From Spirochaetales bacterium (GTDB taxonomy: Bacteria > Spirochaetota > Spirochaetia > JABEVK01): 27,395 nt of DNA. Below are positions 17,420 through 26,089 of the stretch, one piece after another. A program made the position numbers and the translations under genes. Under the pieces are notes generated by a model. That model searched no databases. It saw nothing but the letters and a program-made list of their open reading frames with translations, and was not told where the DNA came from. The stretch is from assembly GCA_037142615.1 (NCBI GenBank), contig JBAXAI010000045.1, positions 1-27,395 on the forward strand, read 5' to 3'. How positions within the stretch are numbered: position 1 is the first letter of the stretch; every line of letters begins with the position of its first letter.

Positions 17420-20398
17420 ATGAAACCCCGTGCTCCGTTTGTCGTCGGTTTTCGTGTCAGCATCGCGTTGGTTCTGGTGGTGACCATCACCATCATGGCT
17501 GTTGCCACCACGGCGATCGTCATTAACATCGGGGCAGATTCCTCCCAAAAAAGTGCTCAAACGCTCTTCACCCGGATCGCCGAGACGATCGGGGAGCGCA
17601 CCGACGCGCAGTTTGAAGACACCATTTCGCTCGCCCGCTACGCGGCTCTCGACGCCCACAGCACCGACCCCGTCAATGGCTTTGGCCTCGACCACCCGTT
17701 TCTCAGCTTCCTCAAGGGCGCTCTCGATGCAACGCCGACCCTCTACTCGGTCTACGTCGGTGGCACCGACGGCACCTTTTTCCAAGTGATCCAAACCCTC
17801 GGCGATCCCCGCATTTTGGAAGCTCACAAGGCACCGGCCGGCACCAAGTACGTGGTTCGCACGATCACCGGCACCGGCGCCGCCCGAACCCAGCACTGGA
17901 GCTTTGTTGGTGACAAAGATGCTCTTCTCGGGCAGCGGACTGACGCCGAGTTTGACTATGTCCCCTCAGCGCGCCCGTGGTTCCAACTGGCGGTCAACAA
18001 GAGCTCGGTGGTGCTTTCCGACCCTTACATTTTCAACTCGCTCCAGGAACCGGGAATCACCGCGAGCGTGTTGTTGCCGGGAGGCAAGAAGGTGCTCGGC
18101 GTCGATCTGACAACGAGAGGTCTGCAGGCGTTCATCGACCAACAGGATGTGTCGCCCCACGGCGGGGTGATGCTGCTCGACGCCAAAAAGGCCGTCATGG
18201 CCAAGTCGGCCAACTTCGAGCGCCATCCCGGGTGGCTCACCAAGAACGTCGCCCACGTTTTGGCGGGGCAGAACCTGGAAATCGTGCTGACCGCGCCGAT
18301 GTCGGACTTCGACGGCGACTTTCAGCGCATGCAATTGACGGTGATTTTGGCCACGCTGGTGCTGGTACTGCTCATCCTGCCGCTGACAATGTTGTTCACC
18401 AAGCGCCTGACCCGCATGATGACCGTGCTCAGCGAGGACGTGGATCGCGTGTGCAAAATGGACTTCAGCGGGGAGTCCCCGAGCGGCTCGAGTGTCCGTG
18501 AGTTTGACAACTTGGCCCGCGGCTTCGGATCCATGAAGAGCACGCTGGCTACCGAGACCAAGGTTCTGGGAGTGGCGCAGCTCAAACTCAAGAAGATTGT
18601 GGAAACCGGCATCGCCCTTTCGACCGAAAAGAACACCGAGGCCCTGCTTCAAAAGATCCTCGACACCGCGATGGACCTGACCGAAGCCGACGGCGGCACG
18701 TTGTACCAAGTCAACCCCGAGGGCAACAAGCTCGACTTCAAGGTCATGGTGACCAAGAGCACCAACTTCCGCCGGGGCGGCACCCACGGCGACCCTCCCC
18801 CGTTCTCGGTACCGCTGTTCAAGGAAAACGGCGAGGAAAACCACCACAATGTGGCCACCCACGCCTTTTTGTCGGGCGAGCCGCTCAACATTCCCGACGT
18901 GTACAACGACCTTCAGTTCGACTTTTCGGGGACCAAGGCCTTCGACAAGAACAACAACTACAAGACCGACTCGATCCTGACGGTGCCCCTCAAACCCCTC
19001 GGGGCCGACGTGCTCGGGGCCCTGCAACTGATCAACGCCAAGGCCGAAGACGGCGTGACGAGCATCCCGTTCGCCAAGGACATGCAGGATTTTGTCGAGG
19101 CCCTGGCCGCCAGCGCCGCCACCGCTATCTACAACAAACAGCTGGTCGAAAACCTGGAGCACCTGTTCGATGCCATCATCGACGTGATCAACGGCGCTAT
19201 CGGCCGCAAGAGCCCCTACACCGGCGGCCATTGTGACCGAGTTCCGCTCATCGCCATCGACTTGGCCCGGGTGACTTCCGAAGTCAAAGAAGGACCGCTG
19301 GCCGGCTTCGAGATGAACAAGAACCAGCTCAAGGAGTTTGAGCTGGCGTCGAAGCTGCACGACGTGGGTAAGGTCACCACCCCCGAATACGTCGTCGACA
19401 AATCGACCAAGCTCGAGACCATCTACAACCGCATCCACGAGGTGCGTTCGCGCTTCGAAATCCTGTACCGCGACGCCGTCATCCAGCGCTACGAAACCGT
19501 GCTGGCCAGCGCGGGTAAACCCGACAAAAAGGTGCTCGAGGCCGCTGAGGCTCAACTGGCCGCCACCAAGCTTCAGCTCGAAGAAGAATGGTCGTTCATC
19601 GCAAAGACCAACCTCGGGGGCGAGTTCCTGAGTCCCGACAAAGTCGAAATGGTCAAAACCATCGCCAGCCGCACCTGGCTGCGCTACTTCGACGACCGGC
19701 TCGGCCTCAGTTGGGAAGAAGAGGAGCGCATCAAGGAAAGCCCTGTGTTGCCGCTCCCCGTGCAAGAAAAGCTGCTCGACGACAAGGCCATCCACAAGTT
19801 CCCGCGCCGCAAGGCCTTTGCCGACGAGTACACGGTCAAGGACAAGAACGGCAAGGTGAAGTACACCTACCAGTTCAAGACTCCCGTTCCCGAGCTGTTG
19901 TACAACCAGGGCGAAATCTACAACCTCGCCATCGGCCGCGGAACGCTCACGGTCGAAGAGCACTTCAAGATCAAGGAACACGTGATGCAGTCCATCTTCA
20001 TGCTCGACCAGCTTCCTTGGCCCAAGGGTCAGGAAAACGTGTCGTTGATTGCCGGCGAACACCACGAAACTCTGATTGGCAGCGGCTACCCCTACCAAAA
20101 GAAGGCTGAGGACCTGTCGATGCAGAGCCGCATCCTCACCATCGCCGACATTTTTGAGGCCCTGACCGCCAGCGACCGGCCGTACAAGAAGCCGAAGTCG
20201 TTGAGCGAGTCGGTGAAAGTGCTCTACTTCTTCAAAAAGGACAGGCACATCGACGGCGAACTGTTCGACCTGTTCCTGACCTCGGGCGTGTATAAAACCT
20301 ACGCCGAAAAGTACATGCGGCCCGAGCAGCTCGACGAGGTCGACATTTCTCAATACTTGGGTCCGATTCCGGCGAGTCCGGCCCCGGCAGGGCATTGA
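17420..20398 (+). CDS. Membrane-anchored Cache-HAMP-GAF-HD-GYP cyclic-dinucleotide phosphodiesterase
   Basis: Two TMs around a Cache-like region (Y-PSARPWF, SDPYIF, GVDL), HAMP, GAF (ADGGTLY, LGALQLIN), SPYTGGHC-RV, LHDVGK, HHETLIGSGYP, IADIFEALTASDRPYKK; GGAGG RBS. Confidence 0.92.
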   Translation: MKPRAPFVVGFRVSIALVLVVTITIMAVATTAIVINIGADSSQKSAQTLFTRIAETIGERTDAQFEDTISLARYAALDAHSTDPVNGFGLDHPFLSFLKGALDATPTLYSVYVGGTDGTFFQVIQTLGDPRILEAHKAPAGTKYVVRTITGTGAARTQHWSFVGDKDALLGQRTDAEFDYVPSARPWFQLAVNKSSVVLSDPYIFNSLQEPGITASVLLPGGKKVLGVDLTTRGLQAFIDQQDVSPHGGVMLLDAKKAVMAKSANFERHPGWLTKNVAHVLAGQNLEIVLTAPMSDFDGDFQRMQLTVILATLVLVLLILPLTMLFTKRLTRMMTVLSEDVDRVCKMDFSGESPSGSSVREFDNLARGFGSMKSTLATETKVLGVAQLKLKKIVETGIALSTEKNTEALLQKILDTAMDLTEADGGTLYQVNPEGNKLDFKVMVTKSTNFRRGGTHGDPPPFSVPLFKENGEENHHNVATHAFLSGEPLNIPDVYNDLQFDFSGTKAFDKNNNYKTDSILTVPLKPLGADVLGALQLINAKAEDGVTSIPFAKDMQDFVEALAASAATAIYNKQLVENLEHLFDAIIDVINGAIGRKSPYTGGHCDRVPLIAIDLARVTSEVKEGPLAGFEMNKNQLKEFELASKLHDVGKVTTPEYVVDKSTKLETIYNRIHEVRSRFEILYRDAVIQRYETVLASAGKPDKKVLEAAEAQLAATKLQLEEEWSFIAKTNLGGEFLSPDKVEMVKTIASRTWLRYFDDRLGLSWEEEERIKESPVLPLPVQEKLLDDKAIHKFPRRKAFADEYTVKDKNGKVKYTYQFKTPVPELLYNQGEIYNLAIGRGTLTVEEHFKIKEHVMQSIFMLDQLPWPKGQENVSLIAGEHHETLIGSGYPYQKKAEDLSMQSRILTIADIFEALTASDRPYKKPKSLSESVKVLYFFKKDRHIDGELFDLFLTSGVYKTYAEKYMRPEQLDEVDISQYLGPIPASPAPAGH

Positions 20399-21294
20399 TG
20401 CGGCCCCTTTTTGGCGCCATCGAAGCCGGCGGCACCAAGTTCGTATGCGCGGTGGGAACCGGTCCCGACGACCTGCACGACGAAGTCCGCTTTGCGACCA
20501 CCACCCCTACCGAGACCCTCGGCCGGGCGCTCGACTACTTCCGCCAGGCTCAAGTCAAGCACGGCAAGCTCGCGGCGCTGGGCATCGGCAGTTTCGGCCC
20601 CCTCGATCTGGACCAGAAGTCACCAACCTGGGGAAACATCACCGCGACGCCCAAGCCACTTTGGTCCCACACGAAGTTCGCCACGCTGTTCCGTGACGAG
20701 TTCAAGGTCCCGGTCGGGTTTGACACCGACGTAAACGGCGCGGCGCTTGCCGAGGCGCGCTGGGGAGCCGGCCAGGGGCTGAGTGACCTGATTTATATCA
20801 CGGTGGGTACAGGACTTGGTGGAGGTGGAATCTCGGGCGGCAAGCTGGTCCACGGCCTGGTACACCCCGAAATGGGCCATTTGCTTCTGTCGAAAGTGGC
20901 AGGCGACACCTTTGAGGGCCTATGCCCCTTCCACGGTCACTGCGTAGAAGGCTACACCTCGGGCCCTGCCCTCGAAAAACGCTGGGGAAGGAAGGCCTAC
21001 GACCTGCCACCGGACCATGAAGCCTGGGACCTCGAGGCGACCTACCTGGCCCAAGCGGTTCTGGCCTACCTCGCCACGCTGTCGCCACAGCGCATCATCC
21101 TCGGCGGTGGCGTGATGGAGCAGAAACAGATGTTTCCCAAGCTCCGGGCCGAAGTTCTCAGGCTGAACAACGGCTACATCCAGTCGCCGGCTCTCACGCC
21201 CGAGGGTCTCGGGGGTTTCTTGGTGCCGCCCGGACTTGGCAACCGGGCAGGCGTCCTCGGCGCGGTGGCTTTGGCCGAAAGTGCATTGGCGTAA
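20398..21294 (+). CDS. scrK: ROK-family fructokinase
   Basis: GAIEAGGTKFVCAVG, GSFGPLD, DTDVNGAA, TVGTGLGGG, HPEMGH and Zn motif CPFHGHC-EG; TGATG overlap with the HD-GYP gene. Confidence 0.9.
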   Translation: MRPLFGAIEAGGTKFVCAVGTGPDDLHDEVRFATTTPTETLGRALDYFRQAQVKHGKLAALGIGSFGPLDLDQKSPTWGNITATPKPLWSHTKFATLFRDEFKVPVGFDTDVNGAALAEARWGAGQGLSDLIYITVGTGLGGGGISGGKLVHGLVHPEMGHLLLSKVAGDTFEGLCPFHGHCVEGYTSGPALEKRWGRKAYDLPPDHEAWDLEATYLAQAVLAYLATLSPQRIILGGGVMEQKQMFPKLRAEVLRLNNGYIQSPALTPEGLGGFLVPPGLGNRAGVLGAVALAESALA

Positions 21295-21314
21295 ACCCCC
21301 GCTTACTCTATAAT
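21286..21314 (+). promoter_or_regulatory. Sigma70 promoter of the receiver/kinase pair
   Basis: TTGGCG (21286-21291), 17 bp, perfect TATAAT (21309-21314); short leader with GAGGTGGAG. Confidence 0.6.
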
Positions 21315-21332
21315 CAGAGTCAGAGGTGGAGC

Positions 21333-21710
21333 ATGGAAACCCAAAAACACCGCATCCTTCTGGTCGACGATGAGGAAAGCATCCTCCGGGCCTTGGAACG
21401 GGTCTTGAGGGGGTCCGACCGCGAACTCACCACGGCTTCGGACGGCCCTTCGGCCCTGGACCTCCTGGCGACCAAGCCCTTTGATCTGATCATCACCGAC
21501 CAGCGTATGCCGGGCATGAGTGGCACCGAGCTCCTTAAGCGTGTTCGGCAGCTTCACCCCCTTACGGCGAGGGTGATGATTTCCGGCTATGCGGAGTTTG
21601 AGTCCCTCGTCGCGGCGGTCAACGAGGCCAGGGTTGCACGTTTCATACCCAAACCTTGGGACAATGACGAACTTCGGGCACTGGTGGCGGACGTGTTGCA
21701 GGACAAGTGA
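21333..21710 (+). CDS. Single-domain response regulator (receiver only)
   Basis: LLVDDE, IITDQRMPGMSG, ISGY, FIPKPW; no output domain. Confidence 0.93.
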   Translation: METQKHRILLVDDEESILRALERVLRGSDRELTTASDGPSALDLLATKPFDLIITDQRMPGMSGTELLKRVRQLHPLTARVMISGYAEFESLVAAVNEARVARFIPKPWDNDELRALVADVLQDK

Positions 21711-23935
21711 TGGCCAAGCCGCACACGATCCGCGACCTTATCTACCGCGAGTACCGCAAGGCCGCGCTGGCGCCGATCATCGTCATCGAACTCGCCCTAC
21801 TGGCCCTCTACTTTGGAACCACCAGTTACCTGGAAAGCCGGGCCATGGATATTCTCGACAGCGAGGCCAGTCGCAATCTCGGCGAAATCGTGGTGCGCGA
21901 GGCCCGGAACATCGATACCGAAATTGCCAATGTGACGACCCTTTCGCGGGTCTTGCAGACGGAAAACACCCGCTTCTTCGCCCAAGGAGCCCAGGCGCCG
22001 GCAGCCGCGAGCCCCCCGGTCTTCTCGTTTGCCCCCAACGGCGTGTTCTACAAAGTCAACGACAATGGCGGATCCTCGCTGTGGTACTCCGCTAACACCC
22101 CGATCGGAGAGTCCCAGCGGGCCAAAGCCCGGGCGACCGAGGTCTTCGATCCGCTGTTCCGGGCCGTGGCACAGTCGGACAAGAAGATCGTGGCGGTCTA
22201 CTTCAATTCCAACGACTCGATGTGCCGCTACTATCCGTGGGTTCCCGAGTTCTACAATGTGTTCGACCCCAAAATGGACATCCCCAAGTTCAATTTCTAC
22301 TACCTCGCCGATGCAGCCCACGACCCTTCGCGCGCCCCCGTCTGGACCGCCGCCTACCTCGACCCGGCAGGACAAGGCTGGATGGCTTCGTGCGTCGCAC
22401 CGGTCTACCGAGGCAAGGTGCTCGAAGGCGTTACCGGCATCGACATTACGATCGACGCCATCATCAAGAATCTGCTCGACCTGAAACTCCCTTGGGGTGG
22501 GGCAGCCTTTCTCGTTGACGATGACGGCGTGATCATCGCCATGCCCGAGGCCATCGAAAGTACCCTGGGCCTCAAAGAACTCCGGGCCCAGGTGTACCAC
22601 TCCACCGTGAAGCAAGACACGGTCAAGCCCGAGGAGTTCAACCTGTTCAAGAACAAGGATGCCTCGATCGCCGGGCAGTTCCGCGCGGTCTTTTCGAGCG
22701 AGCAACTGGTCAACGATTTCCGGATCGGGGACAAGGAGTTCTTCCTGACCAACAGCCACATTGCTGCAACCTCGTGGCACGCGATGATTCTGGTCGACAA
22801 GGCCATCGTGCGGCAGCCTATCGTCGAACTCGACCTGTTGACCAAGCGCTTCGGGGTGGTCGCGCTGGTGGTGATGCTGTTGTTCTATGCGGCGTTCTTC
22901 ACCGTGTTGCTCTCGCGTTCGCGCCGAGTTGCCGAGACTCTGTCCCGACCCATCCGCTATCTGGCCCAGCGAAGCAGTGAAATCAGAACCAACCCCTCGG
23001 GCCCTCAGATGGAGCGCGAGGCTTCGAATGTCGAGGAAATTACCCAGCTGCATGAAAACTTCAGTGCCATGGCCCTGCAACTGGCCAGCCTGTACAACGA
23101 CCTCGACGGCAAGGTACGCCAGCGGACGCTGGAGCTGGAACAGGCAAACGACGAGCTCAATGAGGCGTACCAGCAAATGGCCCAGCAAGACAAGATGGCC
23201 TCGATTGGCCAGTTGGCGGCTGGGGTGGCGCACGAGATCAACAACCCGATGAGCTTCATCATCTCGAACATCGAAACGATGCGCGACTCCTGGAATCGGC
23301 TCAGCGCCTACCTTCAGGCCCACGACGGGCGGCCGCATGGCGACCAAAGTGCGCTGCGCGAACAGCTCGACATCGACTACCTGCTCAAGGACGGTCCGCA
23401 GCTTTTTCAGGACACGCTGGAAGGAACGGCCCGGGTGAAAGGGATTGTCGGCGAGCTGCGCTCGTTTGCCCGCACGAGTGATTCGGTCGAAGCTGCCGAC
23501 CTGAACAAGCTGGTCGAGAGCGTGCTCAAGATCACCAGCAGCGAAATGAAAAACCGCATCGAACTGGAACTTGAGCTGGGGCCGGTTCCGATGCTCCGCT
23601 GCAATCCGGGGCAGATTAGCCAAGTGCTGCTCAATCTTTTGGTCAACGCACTGCAGGCGATTCCCGACAAGGGTACCATACGGATTCAGACGCGGCAGGA
23701 GGCCGAATGGGTACTTTTCGCCGTCACCGACACGGGAATAGGGATGCCCAAGAGCGTCAAAACCCGGATCTTTGAACCCTTCTTCACGACGAAGAAGATC
23801 GGGCAAGGAACTGGTTTGGGACTATCGGTCTCGTACGCCATCGTGAAGCAGCACGGAGGTAAGATCGACGTCCAAAGCGAGGAAGGTCACGGCAGCACCT
23901 TCACCGTGCGGTTGCCCAAAGTACACGCGAATTGA
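21710..23935 (+). CDS. dCache-HAMP sensor histidine kinase (NtrB-like)
   Basis: Two TMs with a dCache-like region (WTAAYLDPAGQGWMASC-APVY, GIDI); AGVAHEINNP, NLLVNA, DTGIG, FEPFFTTK, GTGLGL; TGATG overlap with the receiver gene. Confidence 0.93.
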   Translation: MAKPHTIRDLIYREYRKAALAPIIVIELALLALYFGTTSYLESRAMDILDSEASRNLGEIVVREARNIDTEIANVTTLSRVLQTENTRFFAQGAQAPAAASPPVFSFAPNGVFYKVNDNGGSSLWYSANTPIGESQRAKARATEVFDPLFRAVAQSDKKIVAVYFNSNDSMCRYYPWVPEFYNVFDPKMDIPKFNFYYLADAAHDPSRAPVWTAAYLDPAGQGWMASCVAPVYRGKVLEGVTGIDITIDAIIKNLLDLKLPWGGAAFLVDDDGVIIAMPEAIESTLGLKELRAQVYHSTVKQDTVKPEEFNLFKNKDASIAGQFRAVFSSEQLVNDFRIGDKEFFLTNSHIAATSWHAMILVDKAIVRQPIVELDLLTKRFGVVALVVMLLFYAAFFTVLLSRSRRVAETLSRPIRYLAQRSSEIRTNPSGPQMEREASNVEEITQLHENFSAMALQLASLYNDLDGKVRQRTLELEQANDELNEAYQQMAQQDKMASIGQLAAGVAHEINNPMSFIISNIETMRDSWNRLSAYLQAHDGRPHGDQSALREQLDIDYLLKDGPQLFQDTLEGTARVKGIVGELRSFARTSDSVEAADLNKLVESVLKITSSEMKNRIELELELGPVPMLRCNPGQISQVLLNLLVNALQAIPDKGTIRIQTRQEAEWVLFAVTDTGIGMPKSVKTRIFEPFFTTKKIGQGTGLGLSVSYAIVKQHGGKIDVQSEEGHGSTFTVRLPKVHAN

Positions 23936-23938
23936 ACG

Positions 23939-24721
23939 CTAACGCAGCAGTCGGGCCACGGCTCTCGAAGCCAAGGTGAGCCCGAAAGTCCCCGTTGCGA
24001 AGGCGCTGGACCCGTAGCCGTCGGCGCAGTCGATGCGAGCCGAACCGCCTTCGTCGGGCCGGGGCACTGAGGAACAGACCTCCCACGGCATCACGGCGGC
24101 CTCGAGGCTGAAAACACCCTCGACACCCCAAAGGCCTTGCGGGTCGGGGGACAGACCTCGGGCCTTGAGCGACTTCTTGAGCGACTTGAGCAGAGGGTCA
24201 CGCTGCGTTCGGCCCAAATCGGAGTACCTCACCTGCGTGGGGTCGCTTCGGCCACCGGCTGCGCCGCAGACGAGAACCGGCAAGCCGAGTTCCAAACAGG
24301 CCTGGACGAGCGCGGCTTTGTCGGCAAGGGAGTCGATCGCGTCGATGACGACCTGGGGTCTGTCCCCCGACGGCTCCAGCAGTCTGGGGGCGCTGCGGGC
24401 CGTCACAAAGTCGGCGACCACCCTCACCTCGCAGTCGGGGTTGATTCGCACCACTCGGTCGGCCAGTACCTCGGCCTTGAGGCGACCCCACTCCGGGTCG
24501 AGAGCAGGAAGCTGGCGGTTGGTATTGGTTGCACAAACGTCGTCGAGATCGATGAGCGTCAGGTGGCCGATACCGGAGCGGGCCAAGGCTTCCACGGCCC
24601 AACTCCCTACGCCACCAAGACCTACGACCGTGACCTGACTGCGGCGCAACCTGGCGAGAACCCCCGGCCCGTAGAGCCTTGCCAGGCCGCCGAAGCGGTT
24701 CTCGTAGCTCAGGTCGATCAC
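23939..24721 (-). CDS. tcdA: tRNA threonylcarbamoyladenosine dehydratase (TcdA/CsdL, E1-like), 260 aa
   Basis: RFGGLARLYG, GLGGVGSW-EALARSG, DLDDVC-TNTNRQ, DAID, GAAGGRSDPT, DPL, VFS-E, DC-GYGS. GTG 24721 has AGGAG upstream and overlaps the sufE stop. Confidence 0.92.
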   Translation of the reverse strand: MIDLSYENRFGGLARLYGPGVLARLRRSQVTVVGLGGVGSWAVEALARSGIGHLTLIDLDDVCATNTNRQLPALDPEWGRLKAEVLADRVVRINPDCEVRVVADFVTARSAPRLLEPSGDRPQVVIDAIDSLADKAALVQACLELGLPVLVCGAAGGRSDPTQVRYSDLGRTQRDPLLKSLKKSLKARGLSPDPQGLWGVEGVFSLEAAVMPWEVCSSVPRPDEGGSARIDCADGYGSSAFATGTFGLTLASRAVARLLR

Positions 24722-25137
24722 ACGGGCGCTCCTGCCTCGAGCCGAAGGGTCTGGTCGACCCGGGCGCACAGGCGGCGAAACGTCAGGTCGCGGGTCGGCG
24801 TCAAATGGCGGCCGAGGTCGAGCCGCGTCGAGATATCGACAACTTCGCCGAGTCCCTCGGGTGAAAGTCCATCGTAGAGGCGGACCAAGAGCGCCACCAG
24901 TGCCTGCGGAAGGTAGCCGGGACTGAAGCCGCGGACCCGGCATTGGTCACCACGTTCCACCTTGAGCCAGAGCGGACTGGAACAGCCGCTGACAAAGCAA
25001 TCTGGTGTCCTTTCGGCCTCAGGTAGTGGGGCGAGGTCTGTCCCCCACTGAACCAGAAGGCGGTAGCGGTCATTCCACTCACCGGCCAAGTCGAACTCGG
25101 CATCGACCTCGGCAAGGCGGTCTTGTAACGTTTCCAT
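24718..25137 (-). CDS. sufE: SufE/CsdE-family sulfur-acceptor protein
   Basis: W-DRYRLLVQWG-L, VSGCSSPLWL (persulfide Cys), L-RHLTPTR. Confidence 0.88.
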   Translation of the reverse strand: METLQDRLAEVDAEFDLAGEWNDRYRLLVQWGTDLAPLPEAERTPDCFVSGCSSPLWLKVERGDQCRVRGFSPGYLPQALVALLVRLYDGLSPEGLGEVVDISTRLDLGRHLTPTRDLTFRRLCARVDQTLRLEAGAPV

Positions 25138-25143
25138 GGTGGG

Positions 25144-26061
25144 TCATTTTAGCGGGGTGCTGAGCACGCGTCCATCCCAAGCGATGACGCGGTCGGCCCT
25201 ACCAACCCGTTGCCATGAGAAGTCGGCCAGCAACTGTCCCTGTGTGACGGCCGAAGGAGTGTCGCGAAGGCCGCAGACGTACCCGAGAAAGCCCCTCAGC
25301 CCGTCGGGCGTGTAGTGGCGCCGAAGTTCGTCCGCGGCGATGGACTGGTGCAGTTTGGCTAGCTTGTCCCCGTGCGGTTCCAGGAGCAGAGGGTGGTGGC
25401 GCCACGTGGGCCGCAGTGCGCCCAAAAGGTCCCACAGCGCGGCTTGGGTTGCGGTGCTGGGGGCGATGTCGCGGCCGCGGACAACCCGAGTCACGCCGCT
25501 GGCAAGATCGTCGGCAACGACCGCCAATTGGTAGGTGACGCCGCCGTCGGGACGTCGAACCAACGGGTCTCCCATGGCGCTGGCCACGCTTTGACTGAGG
25601 TCTGTCCCTCCTTCGTCCACCAGGTCGAGCCGGAACTCGCCCAGGTCGACGCGTAGGCCGCTGGTCGAGGCGCGCCAGTCCCGGACTTTGCGGTGACGGC
25701 AGGTTCCCGGGTAGACCCACCCTCCGGCGGCGGAAGGAAGTCCCGAAGCCTTCACCTTGCCCCGGGTGCAGTCGCATTCGTAGAGCAGGCCGAGGTTTGC
25801 CAGGCGGTCCAAGGCGGCATGATGGGTCTTCAGGCAGTCCGACTGCGCCACCAGCTCGTCCCAGTCGAGACCGAACCAGCTCAAGTCGTCGAGCAGGCCG
25901 CTGGTCAGGTGCGGCGACTGGGCCGCCGGGTCGATGTTTTCGAACCGCAGGACCAAGCGCCCTCCCCGACTTCGGATGTCCAACCAAGCCAAGAGGCCGG
26001 ACAGCAGCGTGCCGGGGTGGGCGCGGCCACTGGTCGTCGGAGCGAATCTTCCGATATCCAT
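25144..26061 (-). CDS. gluQ: GluQ-RS-like truncated glutamyl-tRNA synthetase paralog with divergent motifs
   Basis: 305 aa, catalytic domain only. RFAPTTSGRAHPGT (HIGH equivalent), LRFENID, Zn motif YECDCTR...YPGTCR, YQLAVVADD, VVRGRD, KLAK (KMSKS equivalent). Confidence 0.78.
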   Translation of the reverse strand: MDIGRFAPTTSGRAHPGTLLSGLLAWLDIRSRGGRLVLRFENIDPAAQSPHLTSGLLDDLSWFGLDWDELVAQSDCLKTHHAALDRLANLGLLYECDCTRGKVKASGLPSAAGGWVYPGTCRHRKVRDWRASTSGLRVDLGEFRLDLVDEGGTDLSQSVASAMGDPLVRRPDGGVTYQLAVVADDLASGVTRVVRGRDIAPSTATQAALWDLLGALRPTWRHHPLLLEPHGDKLAKLHQSIAADELRRHYTPDGLRGFLGYVCGLRDTPSAVTQGQLLADFSWQRVGRADRVIAWDGRVLSTPLK

Positions 26062-26089
26062 GGGGCGAGTTTAAGATTACAATGGTTTC
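26062..26089. promoter_or_regulatory. 28-bp bidirectional leaderless promoter region
   Basis: Minus-strand TAAACT (26073-26068) is 6 nt from ATG 26061, and plus-strand TACAAT (26078-26083) is 6 nt from ATG 26090. No SD on either side. Confidence 0.65.

Noticed and set aside
17966-20395. 809-aa minus-strand ORF
   Set aside because: Codon-aligned antisense shadow of the HD-GYP gene.
21797-23806. 669-aa minus-strand ORF
   Set aside because: Antisense shadow of the dCache histidine kinase.
24722-24943. N-terminal extension of TcdA
   Set aside because: Overlaps sufE out of frame; similarity and the RBS begin at GTG 24721.
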